This document shows positions 21,681-31,596 of a DNA stretch of 64,000 nt, one piece after another. The stretch covers positions 3,232,001-3,296,000 of the forward strand of contig CAVWLP010000002.1 of the NCBI GenBank assembly GCA_963755915.1. Direction: 5' to 3'. How positions within the stretch are numbered: position 1 is the first letter of the stretch; each line of letters starts with the position of its first letter. The translations under genes and the position numbers were made by a program. The notes under the pieces are model-generated. The model saw only the letters and a program-made list of their open reading frames with translations. It ran no database searches and had not been told where the DNA came from. This DNA comes from an uncultured Phycisphaerales bacterium (GTDB lineage Bacteria; Planctomycetota; Phycisphaerae; Tepidisphaerales; Tepidisphaeraceae).

Positions 21681-22769
21681 ATGAGTGAAGTTCCGCAAAC
21701 GCCTGCGCTTGTTATCGATGAAACAGTCGTCGCGAGAAACCTTTCGCGTATGGCAAACTATCTCGCTCAGCACCGGATCAATCTTCGGCCGCACACAAAG
21801 ACACATAAATCGATCGCGATGGCCAAGCGACAAATGTTGGCCGGCGCAATCGGTTTGACCGCGGCAAAAGTCGGCGAGGCGGAATGCATGTCCGCGGCGT
21901 CGAACGATCTATTGCTTGCCTACCCGGCGGTTGATAGCGGGCGATGCGTGCGCCTTGCAAACCTGGCGAAACAGAACACGATTCGCGTTGCGGTCGATTC
22001 CGAAGCAGCTCTGGACGCACTTTCCAGCGCGGCCGCCGAAATTGGGACGAGGCTGGGAATCCTGGTGGATTTTGATGTGGGCATGCACCGTACGGGCGTT
22101 CAAACTCCCGCGGCCACTCTCGCGCTGGCACAGGCGGTGAGCCAATCCCCGTATCTGCGGCTTGATGGGCTGTTCATCTATCCGGGCCACGTTTGGGATC
22201 CGGCGCCAAACCAGCAGAAGCCGCTTCAGCTAATCGCCTCACGCCTTGAGGAGACTCTAGCCCTTTGGTCGCGGAGCGGCCTGGCGGCAAAACTTGTGTC
22301 GGGCGGCTCGACGCCGACCGCCTTTCAATCGCACTTTATCCCCCAACTCACGGAAATTCGCCCGGGGACGTACATTTACAACGATATGAACACGGTCCGC
22401 GGAAACTTTTGCAGGTTGGACGATTGCGCGGCGAAAATCGTTTCGACCGTCATCAGTGATGCGGTGCCCGGAAAAGTGGTCATTGACGCGGGAAGCAAAA
22501 CTCTAAGCGGAGATCGCAATGCGATGGAGCCCGACAGTGGATTCGGGCATTTCGTCGAATATCGAAACGCTAAAATCACTCGATTGACTGAAGAACACGG
22601 CGAAATCGATGTAACTGCCTGTGAGCACAAACCGCAAATTGGGGAGCGCATTGGGGTAATTCCCAACCACATTTGCCCGTGCGTGAATCTGCAGGATTCG
22701 GTCTGGCTTAGAACGGCCGATGGCGACCTGCAAGCGTTGAAAATCGATGCTCGTGGAAAGCTTTTCTGA
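21681..22769 (+). CDS. D-threonine aldolase/D-serine dehydratase-like PLP enzyme (fold type III)
   Basis: TPALVID, LRPHTKTHK, HRTGV, YPGH, SGGSTPT, EIRPGTY, EEHG, PNHICPCVN. Confidence 0.92.
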   Translation: MSEVPQTPALVIDETVVARNLSRMANYLAQHRINLRPHTKTHKSIAMAKRQMLAGAIGLTAAKVGEAECMSAASNDLLLAYPAVDSGRCVRLANLAKQNTIRVAVDSEAALDALSSAAAEIGTRLGILVDFDVGMHRTGVQTPAATLALAQAVSQSPYLRLDGLFIYPGHVWDPAPNQQKPLQLIASRLEETLALWSRSGLAAKLVSGGSTPTAFQSHFIPQLTEIRPGTYIYNDMNTVRGNFCRLDDCAAKIVSTVISDAVPGKVVIDAGSKTLSGDRNAMEPDSGFGHFVEYRNAKITRLTEEHGEIDVTACEHKPQIGERIGVIPNHICPCVNLQDSVWLRTADGDLQALKIDARGKLF

Positions 22770-22806
22770 GGCACTGCCCGCCTCGGCATCTTGATGGAGA
22801 GCACTG

Positions 22807-23890
22807 GTGCGCTTGATCATTGACTCGCATCTCGACCTTTCGTGGAACGCGCTTTCCTGGAATCGCGATCTCACGGTGCCGGTCGCGGAAGTGCGAAAAA
22901 TCGAAGCGGAAATGACGGATGACGATGCGCGGACACGGTACCGTGACGCTGCCGGAGATGCGACGCGGCGGCGTTGCGGTTTGCTGCGGAACTCTGCTGG
23001 TGCGCGCCAAACCGAACGTAAAACCGACTCGAAAGATTGATCTTGATGTCGCCACGCAGGAAATCGCATGCGCAACCGCTCGCACGCAGTTGGAATACTA
23101 CCGCCTGCTTGCCGAGCGAAAAGAGATCGCATTCATCGGTAGCCGGCAGGAATTGAAAGCGCACTGGTCGCGATGGCAACATGCCGAAGAAGAGTCTGCC
23201 CCGTTGCCAATCGGCTTGATCCTTGCAATGGAAGGCGCAGATCCAATTGTCTCCCCGTCTCAAGCAGAGCGTTGGTGGATGGATGGGCTTCGGCTCGTAG
23301 GCCTTGCGCACTATGGGAAAAGCCATTACGCAGTCGGAACCGGCGACAACGGGCCGCTAACGGCCAAGGGCATTGAGCTGCTTAAGGAGATGGATCGCCT
23401 CGGTTTTGTGCTCGATGCGACGCATAGCTCAGATTCGTCATTCTTCCAGGGCCTGGATCTTTACCGCGGTCCGGTGCTCGCGAGCCACAACAATTGCCGG
23501 GCACTTGTGCCCGGTGATCGACAGTACTCCGATGAGCAGATCAGGCTGTTGATTGCGCGAAACGCGGTTATCGGCGTTGCGTTCGACTCCTGGATGCTCA
23601 AGCCGGGGTTTAAAATCGGCCAGACTCCTGGAAGCGTGGTGAGTCTGGCTGCCGTCGCCGATCACATCGATCATATTTGCCAACTGGCGGGCAATACCAA
23701 TCACACCGCTTTCGGCACCGATCTCGACGGTGGATTCGGCACCGAACAATCTCCCGCGGGGCTTGAGACAATCGCCGATGTACATAAGCTGGAACCGATC
23801 CTCGCGGAGCGTGGCTATACATCTGCCGACATCGATCGGATCTTTCACGGAAACTGGCTGCGATTCTTCCTGGCGGCACTACCGAAATAA
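22807..23890 (+). CDS. Membrane dipeptidase (M19) family; apparent 1-nt deletion ~22931
   Basis: IDSHLDLSWNA in ORF 22807; MEGAD, LDATH, ASHNN, DHIDHICQ, GTDLDG, GNWLRF in ORF 22919-23890. Confidence 0.88.
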
Positions 23891-23897
23891 GTGGGGG

Positions 23898-24647
23898 TCA
23901 ATAGGTAGCCCTTCCGCCCGAAAGGTCGAAAATAAAGCCGGTCGTGAAGCTGCATTCCCGCGAGGTGATCCAGGCCGCGGTGGCGGCAACTTCGTCGAGT
24001 GTTCCCAGGCGATTCATTGGAATCTTCGACGTCATATACTGGACCTGTTTCGGATCGATGCCGTGAACCATATCAGTCATGATCACAGCCGGGGCCAATC
24101 CGTTTATCGTGATACCGGTTTCCGCATACTCCTTGGCGACGCCTTTAACCAATCCGATGACGCCCGACTTACTGGCCGAGTATCCCACCATTCCGGGATT
24201 GCCCTCCTTGCCAGCGATCGAGGCAATCAGCAGAATTCGCCCGTAATTGTTGCGCAGCATCGAAGGCAACACCGCTTGCGTCATGATGAAAGAGCCCAAC
24301 AGGTTCACCCGGCATACCTCGTCGAATTTTTCCGGCGGGTAATCGACAATCCTGGTGCTGGTCGGCCCAACGATGCCCGCGGAATTTACCATGACGGCGG
24401 TCGGGCCCAGTTCTTTTTCAACCCTGGACACGGCAGACGCAACCGAGGCCATTTGTGAAATATCCACAGCGTATCCGTGAGCGGTTGAACTTCTGATGGA
24501 AGATAGGGCCGATTCGATGCGGGATGCATCGCGATCAAACAGGGCAATCTTCGCGCCTTCAGATGCCAGTCGCTGTGCGATCTGCAAACCCAACCCAGTC
24601 GCGGCGCCCGTGACAATCGCCACCTGATCTTCGAATCGTTTTGACAT
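23898..24647 (-). CDS. SDR family oxidoreductase
   Basis: TGAATGLG, VNSAG, YSASK, FDLSGGRATY. Confidence 0.95.
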   Translation of the reverse strand: MSKRFEDQVAIVTGAATGLGLQIAQRLASEGAKIALFDRDASRIESALSSIRSSTAHGYAVDISQMASVASAVSRVEKELGPTAVMVNSAGIVGPTSTRIVDYPPEKFDEVCRVNLLGSFIMTQAVLPSMLRNNYGRILLIASIAGKEGNPGMVGYSASKSGVIGLVKGVAKEYAETGITINGLAPAVIMTDMVHGIDPKQVQYMTSKIPMNRLGTLDEVAATAAWITSRECSFTTGFIFDLSGGRATY

Positions 24648-24672
24648 ATTCTCTCCATCTGGAATTCTTCAC

Positions 24673-25060
24673 TCAGGCGTTTTTGCAGATTTGACGCTGC
24701 TCGCCCAACCCTTCGATCTGCAATTCGATGACATCCCCCTCTTTTAGAAACTGGGGCGGCCTCATGCCAAGCCCGACGCCTGGGGGCGTGCCGGTCGAAA
24801 TAATGTCGCCTGCCTCCAGGGTCATGAATTGGGTGAGATAGTGAACGAGATAATTGACCCCGAAAACCATATTCGCGGTCGTGCCATTCTGGCGGACAAC
24901 CCCGTTCACTTTTAGCGACACCTTCAGATGCCAACATTACGGATATCGTCTGCGGTTGAGAGCCAAGGCCCCAGCGGATTGAACGTGTCGCAGCTTCCCC
25001 CGCAGGCGTCATGATCCCCGGCAATTCCTGGCCTGCTTCTCCGAAACGAATTAATCGCAT
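24673..25060 (-). pseudogene. Fumarylacetoacetate-hydrolase family gene with large internal deletion
   Basis: MRLIRFGEAGQELPGI joined directly (out of frame) to SCDTFNPLGPW, then LEAGDIISTGTPPGVG; middle of the protein absent. Confidence 0.8.
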
Positions 25061-25192
25061 CGAAAATCTCCATCATAACGAACCAGCTTCGAATTCCGTG
25101 ACGCGCTCTGTGCATTGAATTGTGATTGAGCGCCGATTTTACATTTGCAATGCCTGCAGAGCCGGACAGGGAACAGACCATCACGACTCGTG

Positions 25193-26157
25193 TTATTTCT
25201 CGGCTTCCATCACGGTTTGGTGAGGCAGCATCGCCGACGTGCCAGGTGGCGAGGTTCGATGCCTTTCCATGCCAATCGAACCGTGAAGCAACTCGCGCAC
25301 GACAGGCTCGTTCAATACTTGAGCGACTTGCGATTCGCTGAGGCTTGCAAACGGAGCGGGCATAAAGTTGCCCGGGATTTGCCTGGCATTGGCGAGCAGC
25401 GAAAATGTGGGGAAGACTCCATATTTCTGCAGGACGCTTAGAAGCGAGGAAAGTCTTTTCTGTGAGACGGCCGCAGCTTCCCAGTCCTGAGCCTCGGCAG
25501 CTCTCTGAATCGCTTTCGCCCAAGTTGCGCAAGCGAAAATACGCCATCTAAGTGGTGTCGGATCCCGTGATGAAGCAGGACATCTACCAGATGGGGTTGG
25601 GCAACAACAACCCTGAAACCCGGCGGTACCGAATCGATTAATTGCCGGGCAAGCCCTAAGTCACCCGAGCATTTAATTCCGCGGATTTGGGGATGCCTGG
25701 CGAGTTCACGAACAGTGTCGAACTCTAACCCGACTTTCGTCAGAACGGGGAGATCGTAAAGAAAAACGGGAGTGCGCGACCGATCGGCAAGAGTTCTAAA
25801 ATAGGCGAGAAGCTCGGCCTGGCTGAAGCGAAAAAAATAGGGAGTGAGAACGACAATGGCATCAACACTCCGCTCGTTAAGGAACCGGATTCGCTCAAGG
25901 GTTCGGCTTAGGCTTGTGTCGCCGACTCCGACCATCACTTCCCCCCGCCCGCAGGAAAACTGAATGGCGTGGTCGACAAGGGAACGATAGGTGGCGTCAG
26001 TAAGCATCTGCATTGCGCCCATAGTTCCGCCGACGAGAACGCCCGCCATTCCTGCGTTCCATTGGTCTGTCAGATGTGCTTCGAGGCCTTCGATGTGAAG
26101 GGATTCACCGTCAGTGAGTGGAGTTCCGATGGCGGCGATTAACGAAGTTTCGTTCAT
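25193..26157 (-). CDS. DHDPS/N-acetylneuraminate lyase family aldolase; apparent 1-nt deletion ~25527
   Basis: AAIGTPL, GGTMG, VLTPYF, LYDLP, Schiff-base Lys in GIKCSGD; shifted frame gives a helical C-terminus ending TAA 25193. Confidence 0.85.
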
Positions 26158-26204
26158 TTGTGTTCCGATCACGCCGGCATTTGGGGCCGAAGGCCGATGA
26201 GTTG

Positions 26205-26220
26205 CAAATTGCGAATTTTG
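26205..26220. promoter_or_regulatory. Candidate operator (copy 1)
   Basis: caaattgcgaattttg, 14/16 identical to the near-palindrome at 42815-42830; in a divergent intergenic region. Confidence 0.5.
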
Positions 26221-26676
26221 CGGCTCGTCGCCGTGGACATAGACCTGAGGAAACCGCGACTCCAAAACGTGCCGCGAATAGTACCAGTAATAACCGCGAA
26301 ATTCCCTCAAAAATCGTCATGCGGACTAATTTGCAGCAAATAAGCGAATTGGGAGCGCATATTTAGGCTTTTGGGACTATTTGTCACATTTTTTGTTTGA
26401 CAGCAAAAAATGCTCCGTTAGACTCTCCACCGAGCCAAGTCCGTCGAGAGGTTTGTAGTATGGGTGCTCGTTCACGAAAACCTCGAAGCCAATGGTTTTT
26501 TGAGTCATTCACCGACCATGCAATTGTCCGCCGTGATTTCATTGCGATCTCGATGGAAGTCATAGTGCATATCGCTCCCACCCCCGCACCCATGTAGATG
26601 GCGAAGCTGAATGCGACGATCCTTCGATCAGTAGATTGCGCTGAAGCAGAGTGGTTAGAAGAGGAGAAAAACCACC

Positions 26677-28554
26677 GTGGAGAAAATGCACTTTCTGTCT
26701 AACAGGATTTTACTCATGAAGAAAGCAACACCCCTGGGTCTGGCAGCCATTGCGTCCTGCATATACGCCTCGCATGCGTGCGGCCAGTACACCTATTTCT
26801 CAGATAATTTCGACAACAAGACGAATCCGCTGGATCCGCCTCAGGTCGGGTTTGGTTACAACGGTTCAGAGAGCACGGGAAGTCCATTCAGCCTGTCGAC
26901 GAATCCGGCGCTCGGCACGCAATCGCTGCGACTGGTACGCAATACTAACGGCAGCCCTCCGTACCCGAACCCGACCCTCGAGTGCATAAGCCTTAACGGA
27001 GTATTGGTCGATCAGAATACCGTTACTTTCAGCTGGGACGAGTATATCGGATATCAATACAACGCACCGGTTCAAGTTAACATCGGATACACACCGTTAA
27101 GCACGGGGTCCCTTCAGTTTCTGGGGGTTAACGATTTTAATGGGGCAAATCCTGGTACATACTTTTTCTACGAAGATCAGGACGGTGATCAGGTCAGCAC
27201 GGGCGTAAAGCCGACGATCGATGGATGGGATCACCTGTCGCTGACGTTGAGCCTATCCGAGTTTTATGTGGCTGGCGGTCCGAACTACATGACGGGCACG
27301 ATGACCGATTTCACCGTTGCTGAAAACGGTGGGCCCACTCAAACTCTCGCCTCCAATATTGCGCTGCCCTATGCCCAGATTCCGACGCTGGATCCGGAGT
27401 CGCCATACGATAACACCTCGGTTGCGACGATGCAGCTTCAGATGGGTCCCAGCGGCGACACGTACTACGATAATCTGCTGATGACCGGCACCGATGCACC
27501 GACCGCCGCCTTCACGCCGCATCTGGTCTGGAACAACAGCGGTGCATCCGCGCCGGACGACGGGGTAACCTGGGATACGACGCAGAATAATTGGAACAAC
27601 GGGGTCGATGCGACGACCTATAACGACAATGCGATCGTCGACTTCTCCGATTCAAATAATGGGCACTATAATGTTACCCTGAACACGACGGTTAAGCCCA
27701 CATCGGTCAACGTGAGTAACTCATCGGGCAACTACGTCATCAGCGGTTCGGGATCAATTGCCGGCAGTGCTTCGTTGGCAATGAGCGGCTCAAAAATCCT
27801 TACGCTGGATACGGTCAACACCTACAGCGGCGGTACGACAGTATCAGGCGGTTTGCTGATAGCCGGCGTTCACGGAGCGCTGCCGGATGGGGCACTGAGT
27901 ATCACCGAGGGAGCTGCGGTGCAGCTTGCCGCGGGCACCGGGGCGACCCAGCTCACGTCGCTCTCGATCTCGTCGAACAGCACGCTCGATATCACGAATA
28001 ATCATGTGATCATCTCGTACGTGAGTGGGTCGGATCCCATCGCCGCGATCCAAGGCTACCTGCAAACAGGTTACAACGGCGGCGGGTGGAACGGGCTGGG
28101 GATCATCTCTTCGACCGCGCAATCACCGACGAACGGTGCACATTATGGCATCGGATGGGCTGATGGAGCCGATCACGTTGTCACCGGCCTTTCCTCTGGT
28201 CAGATCGAACTCAAATACACCCTGCTGGGTGATGCCAATCTGGATGGGAGCGTGAACGGCTCCGATTTCAGTATCCTCGCCGCCAACTTTGGTCTGGGCA
28301 ACACCAACTGGGATCAGGGCGATTTCCTCTTCGGTTCCTCGGTAAACGGCGCCGATTTCAGTGCTCTCGCCGCCAACTTCGGCCAGGGCGACAGCGGCGC
28401 GGATGGGGTTACCCAGGCCGACATCTCTGCTCTCGAAGCCTTCGCCGCCGCCAACAGTCTGGCGCTCCCCACCAGTGTTCCCGAGCCGGCTTGTGGAGCA
28501 ATGGTGGCTTTGGGTATCGCCGGTGCCGTTGCGCGGCGCCGCCGAACGCATTGA
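26677..28554 (+). CDS. PEP-CTERM protein: unknown beta-sandwich domain, autotransporter-type beta repeat, dockerin-like tail
   Basis: Signal peptide; NTYSGGTTVSGG; GDANLDGSVNGSDFSILAANFG; VPEP-TM-RRRR. Confidence 0.9.
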   Translation: MEKMHFLSNRILLMKKATPLGLAAIASCIYASHACGQYTYFSDNFDNKTNPLDPPQVGFGYNGSESTGSPFSLSTNPALGTQSLRLVRNTNGSPPYPNPTLECISLNGVLVDQNTVTFSWDEYIGYQYNAPVQVNIGYTPLSTGSLQFLGVNDFNGANPGTYFFYEDQDGDQVSTGVKPTIDGWDHLSLTLSLSEFYVAGGPNYMTGTMTDFTVAENGGPTQTLASNIALPYAQIPTLDPESPYDNTSVATMQLQMGPSGDTYYDNLLMTGTDAPTAAFTPHLVWNNSGASAPDDGVTWDTTQNNWNNGVDATTYNDNAIVDFSDSNNGHYNVTLNTTVKPTSVNVSNSSGNYVISGSGSIAGSASLAMSGSKILTLDTVNTYSGGTTVSGGLLIAGVHGALPDGALSITEGAAVQLAAGTGATQLTSLSISSNSTLDITNNHVIISYVSGSDPIAAIQGYLQTGYNGGGWNGLGIISSTAQSPTNGAHYGIGWADGADHVVTGLSSGQIELKYTLLGDANLDGSVNGSDFSILAANFGLGNTNWDQGDFLFGSSVNGADFSALAANFGQGDSGADGVTQADISALEAFAAANSLALPTSVPEPACGAMVALGIAGAVARRRRTH

Positions 28555-28755
28555 TGTCGACGCAATTCCCTGGTTCCGGCACCGAGCGCAACCGAGAATT
28601 GACGGTTCGCTCGCGAAAGTTGACAGACACCCGCAATCCGTGACTCTGAAGAGGCAAGTCCGATTCGCCTGCCATTGGCCGCTCTGCCGCGTCGAGCGCA
28701 TATTATCTGCGTGCCCCAACACTGGGGCGACTACTCCCGCCGATGAAGGGCATGC

Positions 28756-30036
28756 ATGGTCATACAGCCGTCTCGGCATTACCGATGGTATCTGGTAGGT
28801 CTGCTGACGACGATTGCGGCGTTAAATTACGCGGATCGGTCTGCGCTGGCGGCGACTCTCCCGCCGGTCCGCGACGAATTGCACATGTCGCCCGTCATGT
28901 TGGGTACAGCGGGATCGGCGTTTCTTTGGGTTTATGCGATCTGCTCGCCGGCCAGCGGTTACTTTGCAGACCGCTGGCCACGATCGAAAATGATCCTCTG
29001 GAGCGTTTGCGCCTGGAGTGTGGTTCAGATATTGACCGGATTTGTCGAACGGTCATGGCAGATGATCGGCGTGCGCGCGTTGCTGGGAATCGCGGAATGC
29101 GCGTATGTGCCGGCGGCAATCGCGCTGACCGCGGAATATCATAAACATAAGACGAGGGCCTGGGCTATTGGGATTCAGATCGCGGGATACAATCTTGGGG
29201 TCGTGCTGGGCGCGGCAGTGGCGGGTTACATTGGCGATCGCTGGGGCTGGCGGGCGGCGTTCTGGACATTGGGCGGATGCGGGCTTCTACTGGCGCTGGT
29301 AGCCCGCTCGGTGCTTCCTCATGAAGCGAGAGATCTCCCGGAGGCGACGCGGACACCAATTCGGATCGTCGACGCATTTCGTATTTTGCTCAAAATTCCG
29401 ACGTTCAACATCGTGCTGGTGGAGTCGACAATTATCTCTGCGGGTGTGTGGGTTTTCCTGTTTTGGCTGCCGCTTTATTTCAAAGATAGCTTCGGGCTTT
29501 CGCTCGCGGCTGCTGGAATCGCTGGGACGGCAGGCCTTCAGACATCGGCGACGGTGGCATCACTGGCGGGGGGATTTTTCTCGGATCGGTTTGCGCATCG
29601 CCGGCGGGAACGGCGAATGCTCTTTCAGTTTCTGTGCTTCACCAGCGCCATTCCAATGCTGATGATTTTTTTCGGTAACCCTTCTTTTGGTGCGGCGTCG
29701 GTGGCTATCCTGCTTTTCGCATTTTTTCGCAGCTTGGGAAGCTCGAATGACAATGCGGTCATGTGCGACGTGCTGCCGGAGCGCGTGTGGTCCACCGCTG
29801 TGGGCTTCACTAACGCCATGAACTCAGGCGCCGGCGCTTTGGGGGTGATTTTGACGGGGTATCTGCAGAAAACATTGGGACTGGGGGGAGTATTTGGCGG
29901 GCTTTGGGTCACGGTTGCAGCTGCCGCCTGTGTTGTACTGATCGGATATCGATATTTTATTCGCGACGATTTGATACGGGCGGGGGCCGGGCCAGTGGCT
30001 GTCGGCACGATATCAGCAGTTGGAACGACAGGTTAA
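28756..30036 (+). CDS. MFS transporter (sugar-acid/ACS-like)
   Basis: LNYADR, GYFADRW, RALLGIAE, GWRAAF; about 12 TM segments. Confidence 0.92.
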   Translation: MVIQPSRHYRWYLVGLLTTIAALNYADRSALAATLPPVRDELHMSPVMLGTAGSAFLWVYAICSPASGYFADRWPRSKMILWSVCAWSVVQILTGFVERSWQMIGVRALLGIAECAYVPAAIALTAEYHKHKTRAWAIGIQIAGYNLGVVLGAAVAGYIGDRWGWRAAFWTLGGCGLLLALVARSVLPHEARDLPEATRTPIRIVDAFRILLKIPTFNIVLVESTIISAGVWVFLFWLPLYFKDSFGLSLAAAGIAGTAGLQTSATVASLAGGFFSDRFAHRRRERRMLFQFLCFTSAIPMLMIFFGNPSFGAASVAILLFAFFRSLGSSNDNAVMCDVLPERVWSTAVGFTNAMNSGAGALGVILTGYLQKTLGLGGVFGGLWVTVAAAACVVLIGYRYFIRDDLIRAGAGPVAVGTISAVGTTG

Positions 30037-30050
30037 GGCACCCGGCGCTC

Positions 30051-31046
30051 CTATGCGCCGCGCGCTTTGAAACCGGAAGCATTTACGAGATTAAGGGGAT
30101 TTCCAGCCTCGAATGCGGTGATGTTGCCAGCGACCGTACGCATGATTCGGCGACGGGCTTCCAGCGTCGCCCAGGCCATGTGGGGAGAAATGATGCAGTT
30201 GCGGGCGGTGAGGAGTGGGCTATCGGCACGGGCGGGTTCCTTTGACAGGACATCGACCGCCGCGCCTTGAATTACTCCGGTATTAAGAGCTTCGGCGAGA
30301 TCTGATTCGTCAATCAAGCCACCGCGCGACGTGTTAATAAGAAACGCCCGATTTTTCATGCGGGAAAGCAGTTGACGATTAACCATACCCGCATTCTCGG
30401 ATGTGAGCGGGCAATGAAGACTAACAACATCGGCTTCGGCAAACAGCCGCTCCAGTGATGTCCAGGCGAATCGCGGAAATTCGGGAGGAATTTTATTGGC
30501 GCGGCTACATGCTATGACATTCATCCCAAAGGCATGGGCGATTTCGCCAACCTGGCGACCGATGCGCCCGAATCCGACGATGCCGATCGTGCGACCGGCG
30601 AGCTCAATCTGCGGGGTTTTCCAGTAACACCAGTCTGAGGATTTTTGCCATTCTCCATTTTTCACGGAGGTATCGTGCAAGCCGATTCGATGACACAACT
30701 CGAGCAGTAGAGCGAAAGTGAACTGGGCCACGTTATCTGTGCCATAGACCGGCACATTGGCGACAGCGATGCCACGCTCACTGGCATCCGCGACGTCGAC
30801 AATGTTGTAGCCGGTAGCGGCGACGGCGATGAACTTGAGCTTTGGCAGTTGACGCAGCGTTTCCGATGTCAGTTCAACCTTGTTTGTGATAATGACTTGA
30901 GCGTCACAAGAGCGAGATATGACCTGTGTGGGTTCAGAGCGTGGATAAATGGTTGTGTCGCCAAGTTCCTGGATTGGGGTCCAAGGATTGTCGCCATCCG
31001 GGTTCAGCGTGTGACCATCCAGTACCACTATGCGTCGTTGTGTCAT
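30051..31046 (-). CDS. D-2-hydroxyacid dehydrogenase (glycerate dehydrogenase-like)
   Basis: VVLDGHTLNP, ATGYNIVD, GFGRIG, SLHCPL, INTSRG, DVLSKEP, PHMAWAT. Confidence 0.95.
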   Translation of the reverse strand: MTQRRIVVLDGHTLNPDGDNPWTPIQELGDTTIYPRSEPTQVISRSCDAQVIITNKVELTSETLRQLPKLKFIAVAATGYNIVDVADASERGIAVANVPVYGTDNVAQFTFALLLELCHRIGLHDTSVKNGEWQKSSDWCYWKTPQIELAGRTIGIVGFGRIGRQVGEIAHAFGMNVIACSRANKIPPEFPRFAWTSLERLFAEADVVSLHCPLTSENAGMVNRQLLSRMKNRAFLINTSRGGLIDESDLAEALNTGVIQGAAVDVLSKEPARADSPLLTARNCIISPHMAWATLEARRRIMRTVAGNITAFEAGNPLNLVNASGFKARGA

Positions 31047-31063
31047 CCCTTCCCTCGGGGGTT

Positions 31064-31573
31064 CTATTCAGGGGTTACGCGCATACCGTTTGGATGTCCG
31101 ATTTGCCGAAGATCCTGGACGTGCCTCGCCTGGGGATCCGTGCAGGGCAGCCAGCCGCTATCGCCTGTGCCGGGGGCTTTAACTTCGATACATTCAAACA
31201 GTGAAGATCCTAATTCTCCGGCCGAGGTACGGCTTAGCTCGAGGCGCTGCTTTCCTTCGTCGGTATAACGGAAAAGCCAGCCGACGTATTTTGTTTTGCC
31301 ATTATCGTCGGTGAAGACGTAGCAGCCGCACGCGGTTTGCCCGTCGTGATCGAACGGAGGGATCTTATCGGCGGAGTCCTCGAAAAAGGTTTTCCCGTCA
31401 TCGGTCGTAAAGAATCCCTGCTTCGGCATCCCCGTCGGCCGGCCCATGTTTCCCCGCAAAAATATGAAGCAGAGGAGTATTGCCAGTGCGGTTATAGTGA
31501 CCGCAATCTTCACTTTGTTTCCCATTGATTTTCCGGGGCTCACGGCAACATTCCTTTCTAAGACTGATTTCAT
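31064..31573 (-). CDS. Single-TM hypothetical protein (start may be 31525)
   Basis: N-terminal TM then FFTTDDGKTFF...IPPFDHDG, EVKAPGTG..W. Confidence 0.7.
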   Translation of the reverse strand: MKSVLERNVAVSPGKSMGNKVKIAVTITALAILLCFIFLRGNMGRPTGMPKQGFFTTDDGKTFFEDSADKIPPFDHDGQTACGCYVFTDDNGKTKYVGWLFRYTDEGKQRLELSRTSAGELGSSLFECIEVKAPGTGDSGWLPCTDPQARHVQDLRQIGHPNGMRVTPE

Positions 31574-31596
31574 GTGATGGTTTCTCCAATTGTGGA

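Noticed and set aside
25193-26157. Calling the aldolase dapA or nanA
   Set aside because: GTMGA differs from the GTTGE/GSTGE motif; only family-level assignment is supported
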